Source of the DNA: Bacillota bacterium
GTDB lineage: Bacteria; Bacillota; Clostridia; Christensenellales; UBA1242
Assembly: GCA_009780625.1 (NCBI GenBank)
Contig: WQZR01000002.1
Coordinates: 1-34,088, forward strand
Length of the DNA stretch: 34,088 nt
Reading direction: 5' to 3'
Shown here in pieces: positions 1 to 7,757 of this stretch; position 1 is the first letter of the stretch; every line of letters starts with the position of its first letter. The translations under genes were made by a program, and so were the position numbers. Below the pieces are notes generated by a model. The model worked only from the letters and a program-made list of their open reading frames with translations. It did not search any database and was not told the origin of the DNA.

Positions 1-1
1 A

Positions 2-523
2 AATTTTTATGACAAGATTGACAAACTTCGATATATTTTTCTAAATGGCTTGGCGTCGGTTGAGAAGGGAATTGGAACAGAAGGTGGCTATGGTTATGAC
101 TATGGTTTCATTTTTTCCGAAGATGCATATGCAAAACCGTCTGTAACAAGACATTTGATTGATGGGCAGTTTTATGACATTCCTGCTTTCACAGACGACA
201 CAACAAGATTATCGCCAACGGTTCACATCACAAAGTTAGCACAATGCACAACATATGCAAGTGAGGTTTCAAGCATTCTGAACAATTGTGGCATTCAATG
301 CGAGAAGGTGACAAAAGCCCAGATGTGTTTAAATCTTAGAGAAGGAAGGCTTGCAAGAATTGGTCATCAGTTTAATGGCGTGCAACTTAGAAAGAAGGGC
401 AAACTTTATTATATCGACGTGACGGCGGACATAATGAAACGCGACGCAGAAAATGCAGGGTTTGATGTTGACCTTTCGAAACTAGATAGAAACGCCAAAT
501 GTGCTAGAATAAAGCATGAATAA
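2..523 (+). CDS. hypothetical protein, probably 5'-truncated by the window edge
   Basis: The frame is open from base 2 to the TAA at 521-523. The track start at 50 is a TTG with no SD and no nearby in-frame ATG. The 3' end overlaps the next ATG (516) by 8 nt. No motif recognised. Confidence 0.5.
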   Translation, partial: NFYDKIDKLRYIFLNGLASVEKGIGTEGGYGYDYGFIFSEDAYAKPSVTRHLIDGQFYDIPAFTDDTTRLSPTVHITKLAQCTTYASEVSSILNNCGIQCEKVTKAQMCLNLREGRLARIGHQFNGVQLRKKGKLYYIDVTADIMKRDAENAGFDVDLSKLDRNAKCARIKHE

Positions 524-1661
524 AATATTGAAAGAAACAGAATGCTGGGTGTTCTATTCAGCAGATGGAACAGATAAATTTTTTAAGAAGTTTTTTGGGG
601 GAGAAGTTGGCAGAAAGTTGCCGGAGTCTTTTGTTGTTTTAAGTAAAGACAAAACGTTTTTGATTACATCAACACTAGATATAGATAATGTGAAAGGTTT
701 TAATGGAACGACGTTGTCCTACAACTCTTCTGCAGAGATTGATATGCACTTAGTAAAGATTTTTACTGAGTTGAAATTTCCAAAAGAAATCTATTTAAAC
801 TATTCAAGCATTTCAGCGTTAGACTCTCTTGGTTATGGTGGGTTTATTAAACTTCAAAAAAGAATTAAGGAAGCATATAAGAGCAATAAGTTTAAAATCA
901 AATCTGGCGAAAATTTGATTTTAAGTGCTGGTGAAAACAACACAGAGGAAGATATTGAAAACATGAGAAAGGTTACCGTTCGCACTCAGGAAATTATGGG
1001 GCAAGTTTTTGTTGCAATGAAAGTTGGAATAAGCGAAAAAGAAATTGAACAGCTGGCAATAAGTTTTCTTGGTGAAGGAGAAGAAGCGTCTTTTGAACCG
1101 ATTATTTTGATTGGTGAAAACCTGACAAAAGGTGGACACGCAAATCCGAGCGACAAGAAACTTCAAAAAGGCGAAACTGTTTATATAGATTTTGGAATAA
1201 GAGTTATTGCGGAAAACGGCAAGACATATTGCAGCGACCTTCAACGTATGGGCTATGCTCTAAAAGATGGCGAAACAAAGGCTGAATCGGGAGTGCAAAA
1301 AGTTTTTGACACATTGATTAAGGCAATCGATTTAGGAAGAAGGGCAATGAAGCCAAGCAAGAAAGGGCATCAAATCGATGAGATTGTGAGGGGATATGTT
1401 CTAAAAAGTGGCTACCCAAGTTATAACCACGGAACCGGTCACCCAGTTGGAAGCCTTGTGCACGAACTTGGCACAACACTTGCAGGAAAAAACAAACTTA
1501 GGTTTACAACAATGCGAAAGCTTGCACTAAACGGAATCTACACAGTTGAACCGCGTATTGCAATCAAGAACGGTGGAAGTATTGAGGAAATGGTTTTGGT
1601 GACAGAAAAGGGCGGGGAGTTTTTAGGCTCACCGCAAAAGAAACTTTACTTGATTAAATAA
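516..1661 (+). CDS. M24-family metallopeptidase (Xaa-Pro aminopeptidase / creatinase-like)
   Basis: C-terminal pita-bread fold signatures: YIDFG, HGTGHPVGSLVHE, VEPRIAI, EEMVLVTE (metal ligands D/D/H/E/E pattern). Start overlaps the upstream stop. Confidence 0.8.
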   Translation: MNKILKETECWVFYSADGTDKFFKKFFGGEVGRKLPESFVVLSKDKTFLITSTLDIDNVKGFNGTTLSYNSSAEIDMHLVKIFTELKFPKEIYLNYSSISALDSLGYGGFIKLQKRIKEAYKSNKFKIKSGENLILSAGENNTEEDIENMRKVTVRTQEIMGQVFVAMKVGISEKEIEQLAISFLGEGEEASFEPIILIGENLTKGGHANPSDKKLQKGETVYIDFGIRVIAENGKTYCSDLQRMGYALKDGETKAESGVQKVFDTLIKAIDLGRRAMKPSKKGHQIDEIVRGYVLKSGYPSYNHGTGHPVGSLVHELGTTLAGKNKLRFTTMRKLALNGIYTVEPRIAIKNGGSIEEMVLVTEKGGEFLGSPQKKLYLIK

Positions 1662-1703
1662 CGACGAATTAATTTTGTGTTATACGTCGTCAAATTAAAA
1701 GAA

Positions 1704-1752
1704 ATTGCAAGACTTGTGTATGTTTAATACACGGCGTCTCGCAATTTTTTTA
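1704..1752 (+). terminator. intrinsic terminator after the peptidase gene
   Basis: Long hairpin attgcaagac...gtctcgcaat (one A.C mismatch; inner gtgtat/atacac pairing) followed by a T7 run. Confidence 0.7.
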
Positions 1753-1831
1753 TTTTCCTTGTCTAACACTAAAACTATCTTCGTCTTATATCGCTATTGA
1801 AATTTCTTTCTTTTTATAATAGAATATACGT

Positions 1832-2263
1832 ATGTTATTAACGCCACCAAATAAGTTGATTATGCTAGACAGAAGCATCATAATTCGAGATGGCAGCAGG
1901 CTTAAAATTAATCTCGATTCTATACGCGAAGACCTTAGGGAAAATCTTACATGGGCTGACATGTTTGCCGAAGAAATCGGTGGTGTTTTTATGTGGACAG
2001 AAAACAGAATGGAAGAAATCGCTGAAAAGATTATTGGAAAAACAATGGCAGATAGGCATAAAGCAAGAGCGTTTTATCCAAAGTGTAGATATGTTGATTT
2101 AGATAAACACGGAAGGGCAATTGTTCCAAGAGAAACGGCTGAGAAGTTTGATTTTAGAAAAACGCCACTTATGATTGCAAGCGATGAGGAACTTGGAATT
2201 GGTTTTTGGGATGAAGCAAAAAAGCTTCAAAGAATACAAGACGGCAAGACGACATTGCTCTAA
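1832..2263 (+). CDS. putative AbrB/SpoVT-fold (MraZ-like) DNA-binding protein
   Basis: C-terminal segment VDLDKHGRAIVPRETAEKFDF resembles the D-x-K-G-R-h-x-h-P swapped-hairpin motif of MraZ/AbrB/MazE. The N-terminal 70 aa are unassigned. TATAAT at 1815-1820 lies upstream. Confidence 0.4.
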   Translation: MLLTPPNKLIMLDRSIIIRDGSRLKINLDSIREDLRENLTWADMFAEEIGGVFMWTENRMEEIAEKIIGKTMADRHKARAFYPKCRYVDLDKHGRAIVPRETAEKFDFRKTPLMIASDEELGIGFWDEAKKLQRIQDGKTTLL

Positions 2264-2267
2264 AAAG

Positions 2268-2276
2268 TGCTATACT
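2268..2276 (+). promoter_or_regulatory. extended -10 promoter (TGcTATACT) for acetate kinase
   Basis: TGcTATACT lies 25 nt upstream of ATG 2302. A short leader carries AAAGGA at 2285-2290. Confidence 0.5.
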
Positions 2277-2301
2277 GTAAGTCTAAAGGAAAATGATATA
2301 T

Positions 2302-3468
2302 ATGAAAGTATTTGTTGTTAATGCAGGAAGTTCGAGTTTAAAGTTTCAAGTTTTTGAAATGCCAAAAGAAGAAGTTTTGGTTTCGGGGCTTGTTGAAAGA
2401 ATTGGTGAGAAAGAAAGTTTTATTGAAATTAAACTAAACGGTCAAAAAATAAGAAAAGATGTTTATTTAAAAACTCACCTTGAGGGTGTTGAAGCGGCTG
2501 TTGAGTTCTTGATTGTGAATGGTGTTATTAAAAACAAAAAAGAAATTGAAGCTGTTGGGCATAGAGTTGTTTTTGGTGGAGCAAAAAACACACAGACAAA
2601 GAAAATAGACGCAGAAATTTTATCTCAAGAAAAAGAATTGTCTAAAGTTGCACCTCTTCATATTCCTGGAAGTTTTATGGGAATCAGAGCATGCACGGAG
2701 ACTTTTGGAAAAGAAAACTATGCAGTGTTCGACACAGCGTTTCATAGAGACATTCCAGAGAAAGCATATATGTATCCAATCAAATACGAAGACTATGAAA
2801 ATCTAGGCTATAGAAAATATGGATATCATGGAATAAGTCATCAATATGTTTCAGAAATTGCAATAACAAAATATGGCGGAAAGAAAATTATTTCTTGTCA
2901 CCTTGGAAGTGGTGCTTCTATTGCGGCGATTGACAATGGAAAATGTGTTGAAACATCAATGGGCTACACTCCACTTGATGGTCTTATTATGGGAACAAGA
3001 ACTGGAGCAATTGATGCGTCTGTTGCTCTAAACCTTATGAGAGCAAAAGGTATGACGGTTGATGAAGTTCTAAACTATTTAAATAAAGAATGCGGGCTTA
3101 AAGGAATTTTTGGAAAGAACGACTTTAGAGACATTGAAGCGGCAATGGAAACAGACAAAAAAGCAAGACTTGCTCAAGATATGTTTTGTTATAGAGTTGC
3201 GCAGTTTATTGGAAGTTATGCAGCAAGTATGAACGGCGTGGACACAATTGTTTTTACAGCAGGAGTTGGAGAAAGAGGAATTATGCAGAGGACTGAGATT
3301 GCAAAATACCTTGGGTTTTTGGGTGCATATATGAACGAAGAAGCAAACAAAGCCTGTTTTGCAAAAGAAGGAATTATTTCAACTAAAGACAGCAAAGTTC
3401 AGATGATTGTTATTCCAACAAACGAAGAACTTGTTATTGCTAGGGAAGTTTATAGACTTAAGAAGTAG
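2302..3468 (+). CDS. ackA: acetate kinase
   Basis: N-terminus MKVFVVNAGSSSLKFQVF is the classic acetate/propionate kinase signature; also HRVVFGG, GYHGISH, TAGVGE. ATG 2302 preferred over 2293 on SD spacing. Confidence 0.93.
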   Translation: MKVFVVNAGSSSLKFQVFEMPKEEVLVSGLVERIGEKESFIEIKLNGQKIRKDVYLKTHLEGVEAAVEFLIVNGVIKNKKEIEAVGHRVVFGGAKNTQTKKIDAEILSQEKELSKVAPLHIPGSFMGIRACTETFGKENYAVFDTAFHRDIPEKAYMYPIKYEDYENLGYRKYGYHGISHQYVSEIAITKYGGKKIISCHLGSGASIAAIDNGKCVETSMGYTPLDGLIMGTRTGAIDASVALNLMRAKGMTVDEVLNYLNKECGLKGIFGKNDFRDIEAAMETDKKARLAQDMFCYRVAQFIGSYAASMNGVDTIVFTAGVGERGIMQRTEIAKYLGFLGAYMNEEANKACFAKEGIISTKDSKVQMIVIPTNEELVIAREVYRLKK

Positions 3469-3471
3469 GTC

Positions 3472-3500
3472 TTGAAATATAGATTTTTAGTGTGTATAAT
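3472..3500 (+). promoter_or_regulatory. sigma-A type promoter TTGAAA-17-TATAAT, 6 nt before ATG 3507
   Basis: TTGAAA 3472-3477, 17-nt spacer, TATAAT 3495-3500, then 6 nt and ATG. There is no space for an SD. Confidence 0.65.
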
Positions 3501-3506
3501 TTATAC

Positions 3507-4052
3507 ATGACAGAAAAGTGCAGAAAGGTTCAGTTAGAAATACAAGCACTGATTGAGAAGGCTAAAAAAGATGGTTCTTTTAATGCAACCTTTTTTGTTT
3601 TAAACCCTAGAAATAGAATAGATAAACTTAAAAGAGCAAGGGGCTATGTTTCTTTGACTGTAAGCACAGAAAAACGAAGCACATATATTTCGGAAATGTA
3701 TATTAGAAAGAAAGAACAAGGGCAAGCACTAGGCAGCAAACTTATGCACCTTGCTGCATGCTTTGCAAGAAAACATCGCTCTGGAACTTTGCTTGCACAA
3801 ATAAGTTGTGATGGAACAGAAGAAGATATTGAAAGAAGAAGAAACTTTTTTATAAGAGAAAAGTTTGCCACCGATAAAAGTAAAGTCAGCAGCTATGCAA
3901 TAAGAAATATTTGCGGTGTTTCTGAAGACAGGTTTGATGAACTCGGCGTGAAATATTTAGACGCAAGCCTTTGTGAGTTTGTTAAGTCTATTTGCGATGA
4001 AATAAAAGACGATGCACTTGGCAGAAAATCTGAGACGGGTCTTGAAATCTAG
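3507..4052 (+). CDS. GNAT-like acetyltransferase paralogue 1 (likely leaderless)
   Basis: MYIRKKEQGQALGSKLMH fits the GNAT motif A (Q/R-x-x-G-x-G/A). The GTG 3492 start in the track lies inside the -10 box, so ATG 3507 is preferred. Paralogous to the next gene. Confidence 0.6.
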   Translation: MTEKCRKVQLEIQALIEKAKKDGSFNATFFVLNPRNRIDKLKRARGYVSLTVSTEKRSTYISEMYIRKKEQGQALGSKLMHLAACFARKHRSGTLLAQISCDGTEEDIERRRNFFIREKFATDKSKVSSYAIRNICGVSEDRFDELGVKYLDASLCEFVKSICDEIKDDALGRKSETGLEI

Positions 4053-4070
4053 AGTTTAAATGTGTATAAT
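4042..4070 (+). promoter_or_regulatory. duplicated sigma-A type promoter TTGAAA-17-TATAAT, 6 nt before ATG 4077
   Basis: Same geometry as 3472-3500. The -35 lies inside the last codons of the upstream paralogue. Confidence 0.65.
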
Positions 4071-4076
4071 TTAAAC

Positions 4077-4646
4077 ATGGACAAAAAGTGCGAAACACTT
4101 GAAGTTAAACTTTTGGGGTTGATTAAAGAAATCAAAAAGACTCGTTCTTTTGTTGCAACGTTTTTGATTATAGATTCTAAACAAACAGACAAGATTGAAA
4201 AAATTAGAAGTGCAATTGCATATATCAGAGTTCATAACTACACCACTCCAGAAAAGACGGCTCACGTTTCAACACTATATGTAAGAAGAAACTTTCAAAG
4301 CGAAGGTCTTGGTGGGAAGCTTTTGGAGATTGGAATGTGCTATGCAAGAAAAAGAAAATGCGAAAAAGTGACTGCACAACTAAGTGCATTTGGAAAAATT
4401 AAGAGAAGAAGCAAGTTCTTCAAACGTCACGGGTTTGTTATAGACAGGAGAAACAAAGGTAACCATATAGAAAAGAACATAAAGAGAATTACTCAAAAGC
4501 AGTTTGACACATTCCCGATTGAATATTTGAAGATAGGAAGAGATGAAAAGTTTATTGACCTTATATGCGACGAGATTTCGGCAGATGCAAGAGGCGAAAT
4601 CAAGGGACCTCATAACCAAGACGTTTTCCTTAGATGGCTAGAATAG
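4077..4646 (+). CDS. GNAT-like acetyltransferase paralogue 2 (likely leaderless)
   Basis: LYVRRNFQSEGLGGKLLE is GNAT motif A. It is collinear with paralogue 1 (M-x-x-KC...L-I-K-E/K..SF.ATF, ICDEI..DA.G). Confidence 0.6.
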   Translation: MDKKCETLEVKLLGLIKEIKKTRSFVATFLIIDSKQTDKIEKIRSAIAYIRVHNYTTPEKTAHVSTLYVRRNFQSEGLGGKLLEIGMCYARKRKCEKVTAQLSAFGKIKRRSKFFKRHGFVIDRRNKGNHIEKNIKRITQKQFDTFPIEYLKIGRDEKFIDLICDEISADARGEIKGPHNQDVFLRWLE

Positions 4647-4672
4647 AGATTTTTCAAAAATCTCTTTTTTTA
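4645..4672 (+). terminator. intrinsic terminator
   Basis: agagatttt / aaaatctct hairpin followed by a T7 run. Confidence 0.65.
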
Positions 4673-4689
4673 TTTATGGGTGTAAAAAT

Positions 4690-4714
4690 TTCGACAACAT
4701 ATTGTTGCTAGACT
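4690..4714 (+). promoter_or_regulatory. spoIIA promoter region: Spo0A-box-like TTCGACA plus extended -10 TGcTAGACT
   Basis: TTCGACA (complement TGTCGAA) at 4690-4696 sits where a -35 would be. TGcTAGACT is at 4706-4714, followed by 6 nt and ATG 4721. Confidence 0.45.
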
Positions 4715-4720
4715 TACGCT

Positions 4721-5029
4721 ATGCAAATGTTTCATAAAAAAGTTAAAGATGTTTTGGAAATTTATTTGGTTGGTGAGCTTGATGAACACGCCAGCCATTA
4801 TATAAGACCCAAACTGGATGCGCTTATTGAAAGCGAAAGTTTTTCTAAAATGGTTATTGATTTTAGGGAACTCTTTTTTATGGACAGCACAGGGGTGGGT
4901 GTTCTTATTGGAAGATATAAGAAACTAAGCCAAAGGCAGATTCCGCTTTTTCTTAAAAACCCAAGTGCACAAATAGATAGAATTTTTAGGATGAGCGGAT
5001 TATATAAAATCATGCCCCTAACTGTGTAA
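4721..5029 (+). CDS. spoIIAA: anti-sigma-F factor antagonist SpoIIAA (STAS domain)
   Basis: VGELDEH..., FMDSTGVGVLIGRYKK (phosphorylatable Ser context) and MSGLYKI match SpoIIAA. Gene order is AA-AB-sigF. Confidence 0.9.
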   Translation: MQMFHKKVKDVLEIYLVGELDEHASHYIRPKLDALIESESFSKMVIDFRELFFMDSTGVGVLIGRYKKLSQRQIPLFLKNPSAQIDRIFRMSGLYKIMPLTV

Positions 5030-5038
5030 GGAGAATAT

Positions 5039-5491
5039 ATGAAGAGAATAAACAAATTCAAAATGGAGTTTGATGCAATAAGCCAAAACGAAAGTTTTGC
5101 TCGCGGTGTTGTTGGTGCGTTTTTGGCACGGCTTAACCCAAGCATTGATGAAATTAATGATGTGAAAACAGCAGTTTCAGAAGCGGTGACGAACGCAATT
5201 GTTCATGGCTATGAGGGAAGAGAAAACGGAATTATCACCCTTTCTGTTTTGATTGATGGAATGTTGGCAACAATAACCATTGAAGACAAAGGTGAGGGAA
5301 TACCTGATATTGAAAAAGCAAAGGAGCCGTTTTATACAACAAAACCAGAAGAAGAGAGAAGCGGCATGGGGTTTACCGTTATGGAAAGTTTTATGGACAG
5401 TGTGGAGGTTAGAAGCGGAAAGAAAGGCACAGTGGTTATTTTAAAAAAGGAGTTAGGCAAATGCTTTCACATGAGGAGACTCTCTCTTTAA
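5039..5491 (+). CDS. spoIIAB: anti-sigma-F factor SpoIIAB (Ser kinase, GHKL fold)
   Basis: AVSEAVTNAIVHGY (N box), DKGEGIPD (G1), ERSGMGFTVM (G2). AAGGAG SD lies 7 nt upstream. Confidence 0.9.
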   Translation: MKRINKFKMEFDAISQNESFARGVVGAFLARLNPSIDEINDVKTAVSEAVTNAIVHGYEGRENGIITLSVLIDGMLATITIEDKGEGIPDIEKAKEPFYTTKPEEERSGMGFTVMESFMDSVEVRSGKKGTVVILKKELGKCFHMRRLSL

Positions 5492-6198
5492 TTAAGAAAG
5501 CAAAAGAAGAAGATGCGGAGGCAATGGAACAGTTGGTTAGGCTAAACAGTCCGCTTGTGAAAAGCATTGTGAAGCGCTATTTAAGAAAAAACGTAGACTA
5601 TGAAGATTTGTTTCAACTTGGAAGCATGGGTTTGGTTAAGGCAATAAAGAATTTCGATTCTTCATTTGGCGTTCGGTTTTCAACTTACGCAGTGCCTATG
5701 ATTGCGGGGGAGATTAAACGCTTTCTTCGAGATGATGGGAGTATTAAGGTAAGCCGAAGCACAAAGATGTTATATTCTGATATAAAAAACTTTATTGAAG
5801 AATATAAGGCTGTGAATGAAGACAGTCCAAAAGTTGAAACGATTGCAAAACATTTTGATTTGGAAGTGGAAGAAATCATCTTTGCCATGCAGGCAAGCAG
5901 CATGCCGGTTTCGATTTACAAGAAACTTGATGGGGCAAAGGGTGAAAGAACTCAAACAGTGTTTGAAAAGATTACCGATGGAGACAAGACAGAAGAACTC
6001 ATCACAAGCCTTGCTTTAAAAAAGATGCTTGGCGAGCTTAGTTTGAAAGAACAAAAGATTGTTCTGCTTCGGTTCTATAGGGGAAAAACTCAAAGCGAGG
6101 TGGCGGAACTTCTAAATGTCAGTCAGGTTCAAGTCTCTAGACTAGAAACCAAAATTTTAAACGACTTAAGAAGAAAACTGATTGAAGAAGTTAATTAA
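5461..6198 (+). CDS. sigF: sporulation sigma factor F
   Basis: Sigma-70 regions 2-4: DLFQLGSMGLVKAIKNFD, FSTYAVPMIAGEIKRFLRD, SQSEVAELLNVSQVQVSRLE. It follows spoIIAB with a 31-nt overlap and has a GGAG SD. Confidence 0.9.
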   Translation: MLSHEETLSLIKKAKEEDAEAMEQLVRLNSPLVKSIVKRYLRKNVDYEDLFQLGSMGLVKAIKNFDSSFGVRFSTYAVPMIAGEIKRFLRDDGSIKVSRSTKMLYSDIKNFIEEYKAVNEDSPKVETIAKHFDLEVEEIIFAMQASSMPVSIYKKLDGAKGERTQTVFEKITDGDKTEELITSLALKKMLGELSLKEQKIVLLRFYRGKTQSEVAELLNVSQVQVSRLETKILNDLRRKLIEEVN

Positions 6199-6222
6199 AA
6201 AAACGCCGTTTGGCGTTTTTTG
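6199..6222. terminator. bidirectional intrinsic terminator between sigF and the convergent gene
   Basis: aaaaaacgcc-gttt-ggcgtttttt: a GC stem flanked by an A run and a T run. Confidence 0.8.
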
Positions 6223-6223
6223 A

Positions 6224-7588
6224 TTAGCAACCTTTTTTGCAAAGTTGAGCGTAACCCATGGTTGTTCCAGAAGTGTTTGTTGTTCCGGTGTGTCTGCCGG
6301 TGTTATGTCTTGGAGTTATGTTATGCGTTCCTGTCATTCCATCTGTTGTGTTTGGGGTTGTTTGGTTTTGATTTGTTGTGTCTGTTGTATTTGATGCAGA
6401 AGAGAATACTGTGTTGTTATTAGAGTTGGTTCCCATATTATCGAAGTTCATCATTTGATTATTGTTGTAGCTATTGAAATCTGTTCCCGTATTTAGTCCT
6501 GTGTTATTTACAGAAGTTTGGTCCATATTGTTTCTTGTGTGATTCCTTCTGCCTATTCCTCTAAAATGCGTATTGTCTGTGTTGTTCATCGCAGTGTTGT
6601 TTGAAGTCATCTGATTTGTTGTTTGATTTGTATTGATATGACCAATTGCTTGTTTAAGCTCGTGGTTGATTGCTCGAATGCTGCAGTTTCCTGCTTCAAG
6701 CGCTGCAAGGTTTTTTTCTGCTGAAAGAATCATAAGTTCCACATTTGCTTTTTGCTCGGCTGTGTGATTGCCACGTCCGCCTTGCATATGTGTCATGTTG
6801 TTTCTGCCAACATTAAATTCCGTAACGTCGTGTTTAAGAATTTCTTTTGCCTTGTTTAGAACAATTGCATGGCTTGCGATGTTGTCTCTTTGTTCTTTAG
6901 ATAGGTTTTGGTTTGGTGTCGCTTTCATTTGTGCAACAAGTTGATTTGATTGTTGAACTTGGTCGTTAAGTTCTCTTTGTGCACGTCTTAGGGCTTGGTT
7001 TGCTTCTCTAAGTTCTTCTTGTCTAAAACTTATGTGATAGAAATCTCCGTTGTGATGTGTGTTTGTGTTTAGCCCTGTTCCTGTGTGGTTGTTTGTCCCC
7101 ATATTTGTGTTTGGGCTGTTATGAGTGTTATTGTTATTTCTGTTTCTTCTGCCAATTCTGCCTCTTCTTCCGGTGTTGTTTGTTGTGGCAAGTGGGTTTG
7201 TGAGTGTTGCAGGTTCTCCGCGTCCCAACTCTGGGTGAGAGTTGATGTAGTCCTTAGACTCGAAGTGATTGTTTGCCGCAAGATGTGGATAGCTTTGAAT
7301 GTTTGTCATGCTTGTGTTTGCACGCCTGTTGTTTGAATGTGTATTGAAGTTTACGTGACTGCTGTTTAGTCCAACATGATTGTTTGTGTTCATGTCTGAA
7401 AAGTCTCCGTCTTCCCAAACGTTTATTTTGCTTGCAATGCTATTGAAAGAATTGATGCTGTTTAGCACAATTGCTTCAGGTGCTTCTGCCACATTGCTTG
7501 TGAATGCTGTTCCTCCAACAACAAGTGCTGTTCCAAGAACTGCAATGCCTCCAAGCATTAGGCTTGTTTTAAGTTTTCTGTTTTTCAT
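6224..7588 (-). CDS. Asn/Thr/His-rich low-complexity protein with N-terminal signal/anchor and central coiled coil
   Basis: AAGGAG SD upstream. N-terminal hydrophobic segment LMLGGIAVLGTALVVGGTAF. Long N/T/H/R-rich tracts (GRRGRIGRRNRNNNN, GIGRRNHTRNN). Helical core FRQEELREANQALRRAQRELNDQVQQ. Ends in CKKGC. No family recognised. Confidence 0.7.
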   Translation of the reverse strand: MKNRKLKTSLMLGGIAVLGTALVVGGTAFTSNVAEAPEAIVLNSINSFNSIASKINVWEDGDFSDMNTNNHVGLNSSHVNFNTHSNNRRANTSMTNIQSYPHLAANNHFESKDYINSHPELGRGEPATLTNPLATTNNTGRRGRIGRRNRNNNNTHNSPNTNMGTNNHTGTGLNTNTHHNGDFYHISFRQEELREANQALRRAQRELNDQVQQSNQLVAQMKATPNQNLSKEQRDNIASHAIVLNKAKEILKHDVTEFNVGRNNMTHMQGGRGNHTAEQKANVELMILSAEKNLAALEAGNCSIRAINHELKQAIGHINTNQTTNQMTSNNTAMNNTDNTHFRGIGRRNHTRNNMDQTSVNNTGLNTGTDFNSYNNNQMMNFDNMGTNSNNNTVFSSASNTTDTTNQNQTTPNTTDGMTGTHNITPRHNTGRHTGTTNTSGTTMGYAQLCKKGC

Positions 7589-7757
7589 TTAAATCTCCTT
7601 ACTGATTTGTGTTAAGGTTATTGTTTGTTGAATTTTATTTTTTTATTCGTTCTTTTTTTTGCGACAAAAAAGAACCAAAAAACCGTTGAGGGTTTCGATT
7701 CCCCAAAACCCTTAAAACCCCGCGAATAAAAGTCGATTTAGTGGCAATAAATGAGTT

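Noticed and set aside
921-1244. Minus-strand 107-aa ORF inside the M24 peptidase gene. Similar antisense ORFs occur at 1865-2059, 3644-3871, 4071-4265, 4380-4619, 4798-5145, 5685-5955, 8184-8426, 8716-9225, 9433-9702, 10557-10910, 12760-13213, 13571-14184, 15602-16036, 16164-16361, 17169-17357, 22696-22920, 23356-23571, 26539-27142, 30321-30578, 31710-31937 and 32815-33170.
   Set aside because: All lie antisense to, or out of frame within, genes with strong motif support. They have no SD or promoter and show skewed, low-complexity translations.
3492-3506. N-terminal extensions proposed by the ORF track: 3492 and 4062 GTG starts, 9170, 14760, 18898, 24956, 27102, 8759, 11910, 17013, 2293, 21100.
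   Set aside because: The extensions run through -10 boxes, hairpins or upstream coding sequence. Internal ATGs have proper SD or leaderless geometry and match family N-termini.
6220-7592. Plus-strand ORFs 6220-6423, 7085-7336, 7380-7592, plus the minus-strand out-of-frame ORF 7069-7281.
   Set aside because: These are shadows of the N/T-rich gene: complementing AAC/ACA-rich codons gives Cys/Val/Leu-rich nonsense. The 454-aa minus-strand ORF has an AAGGAG SD, a signal peptide and a terminator.
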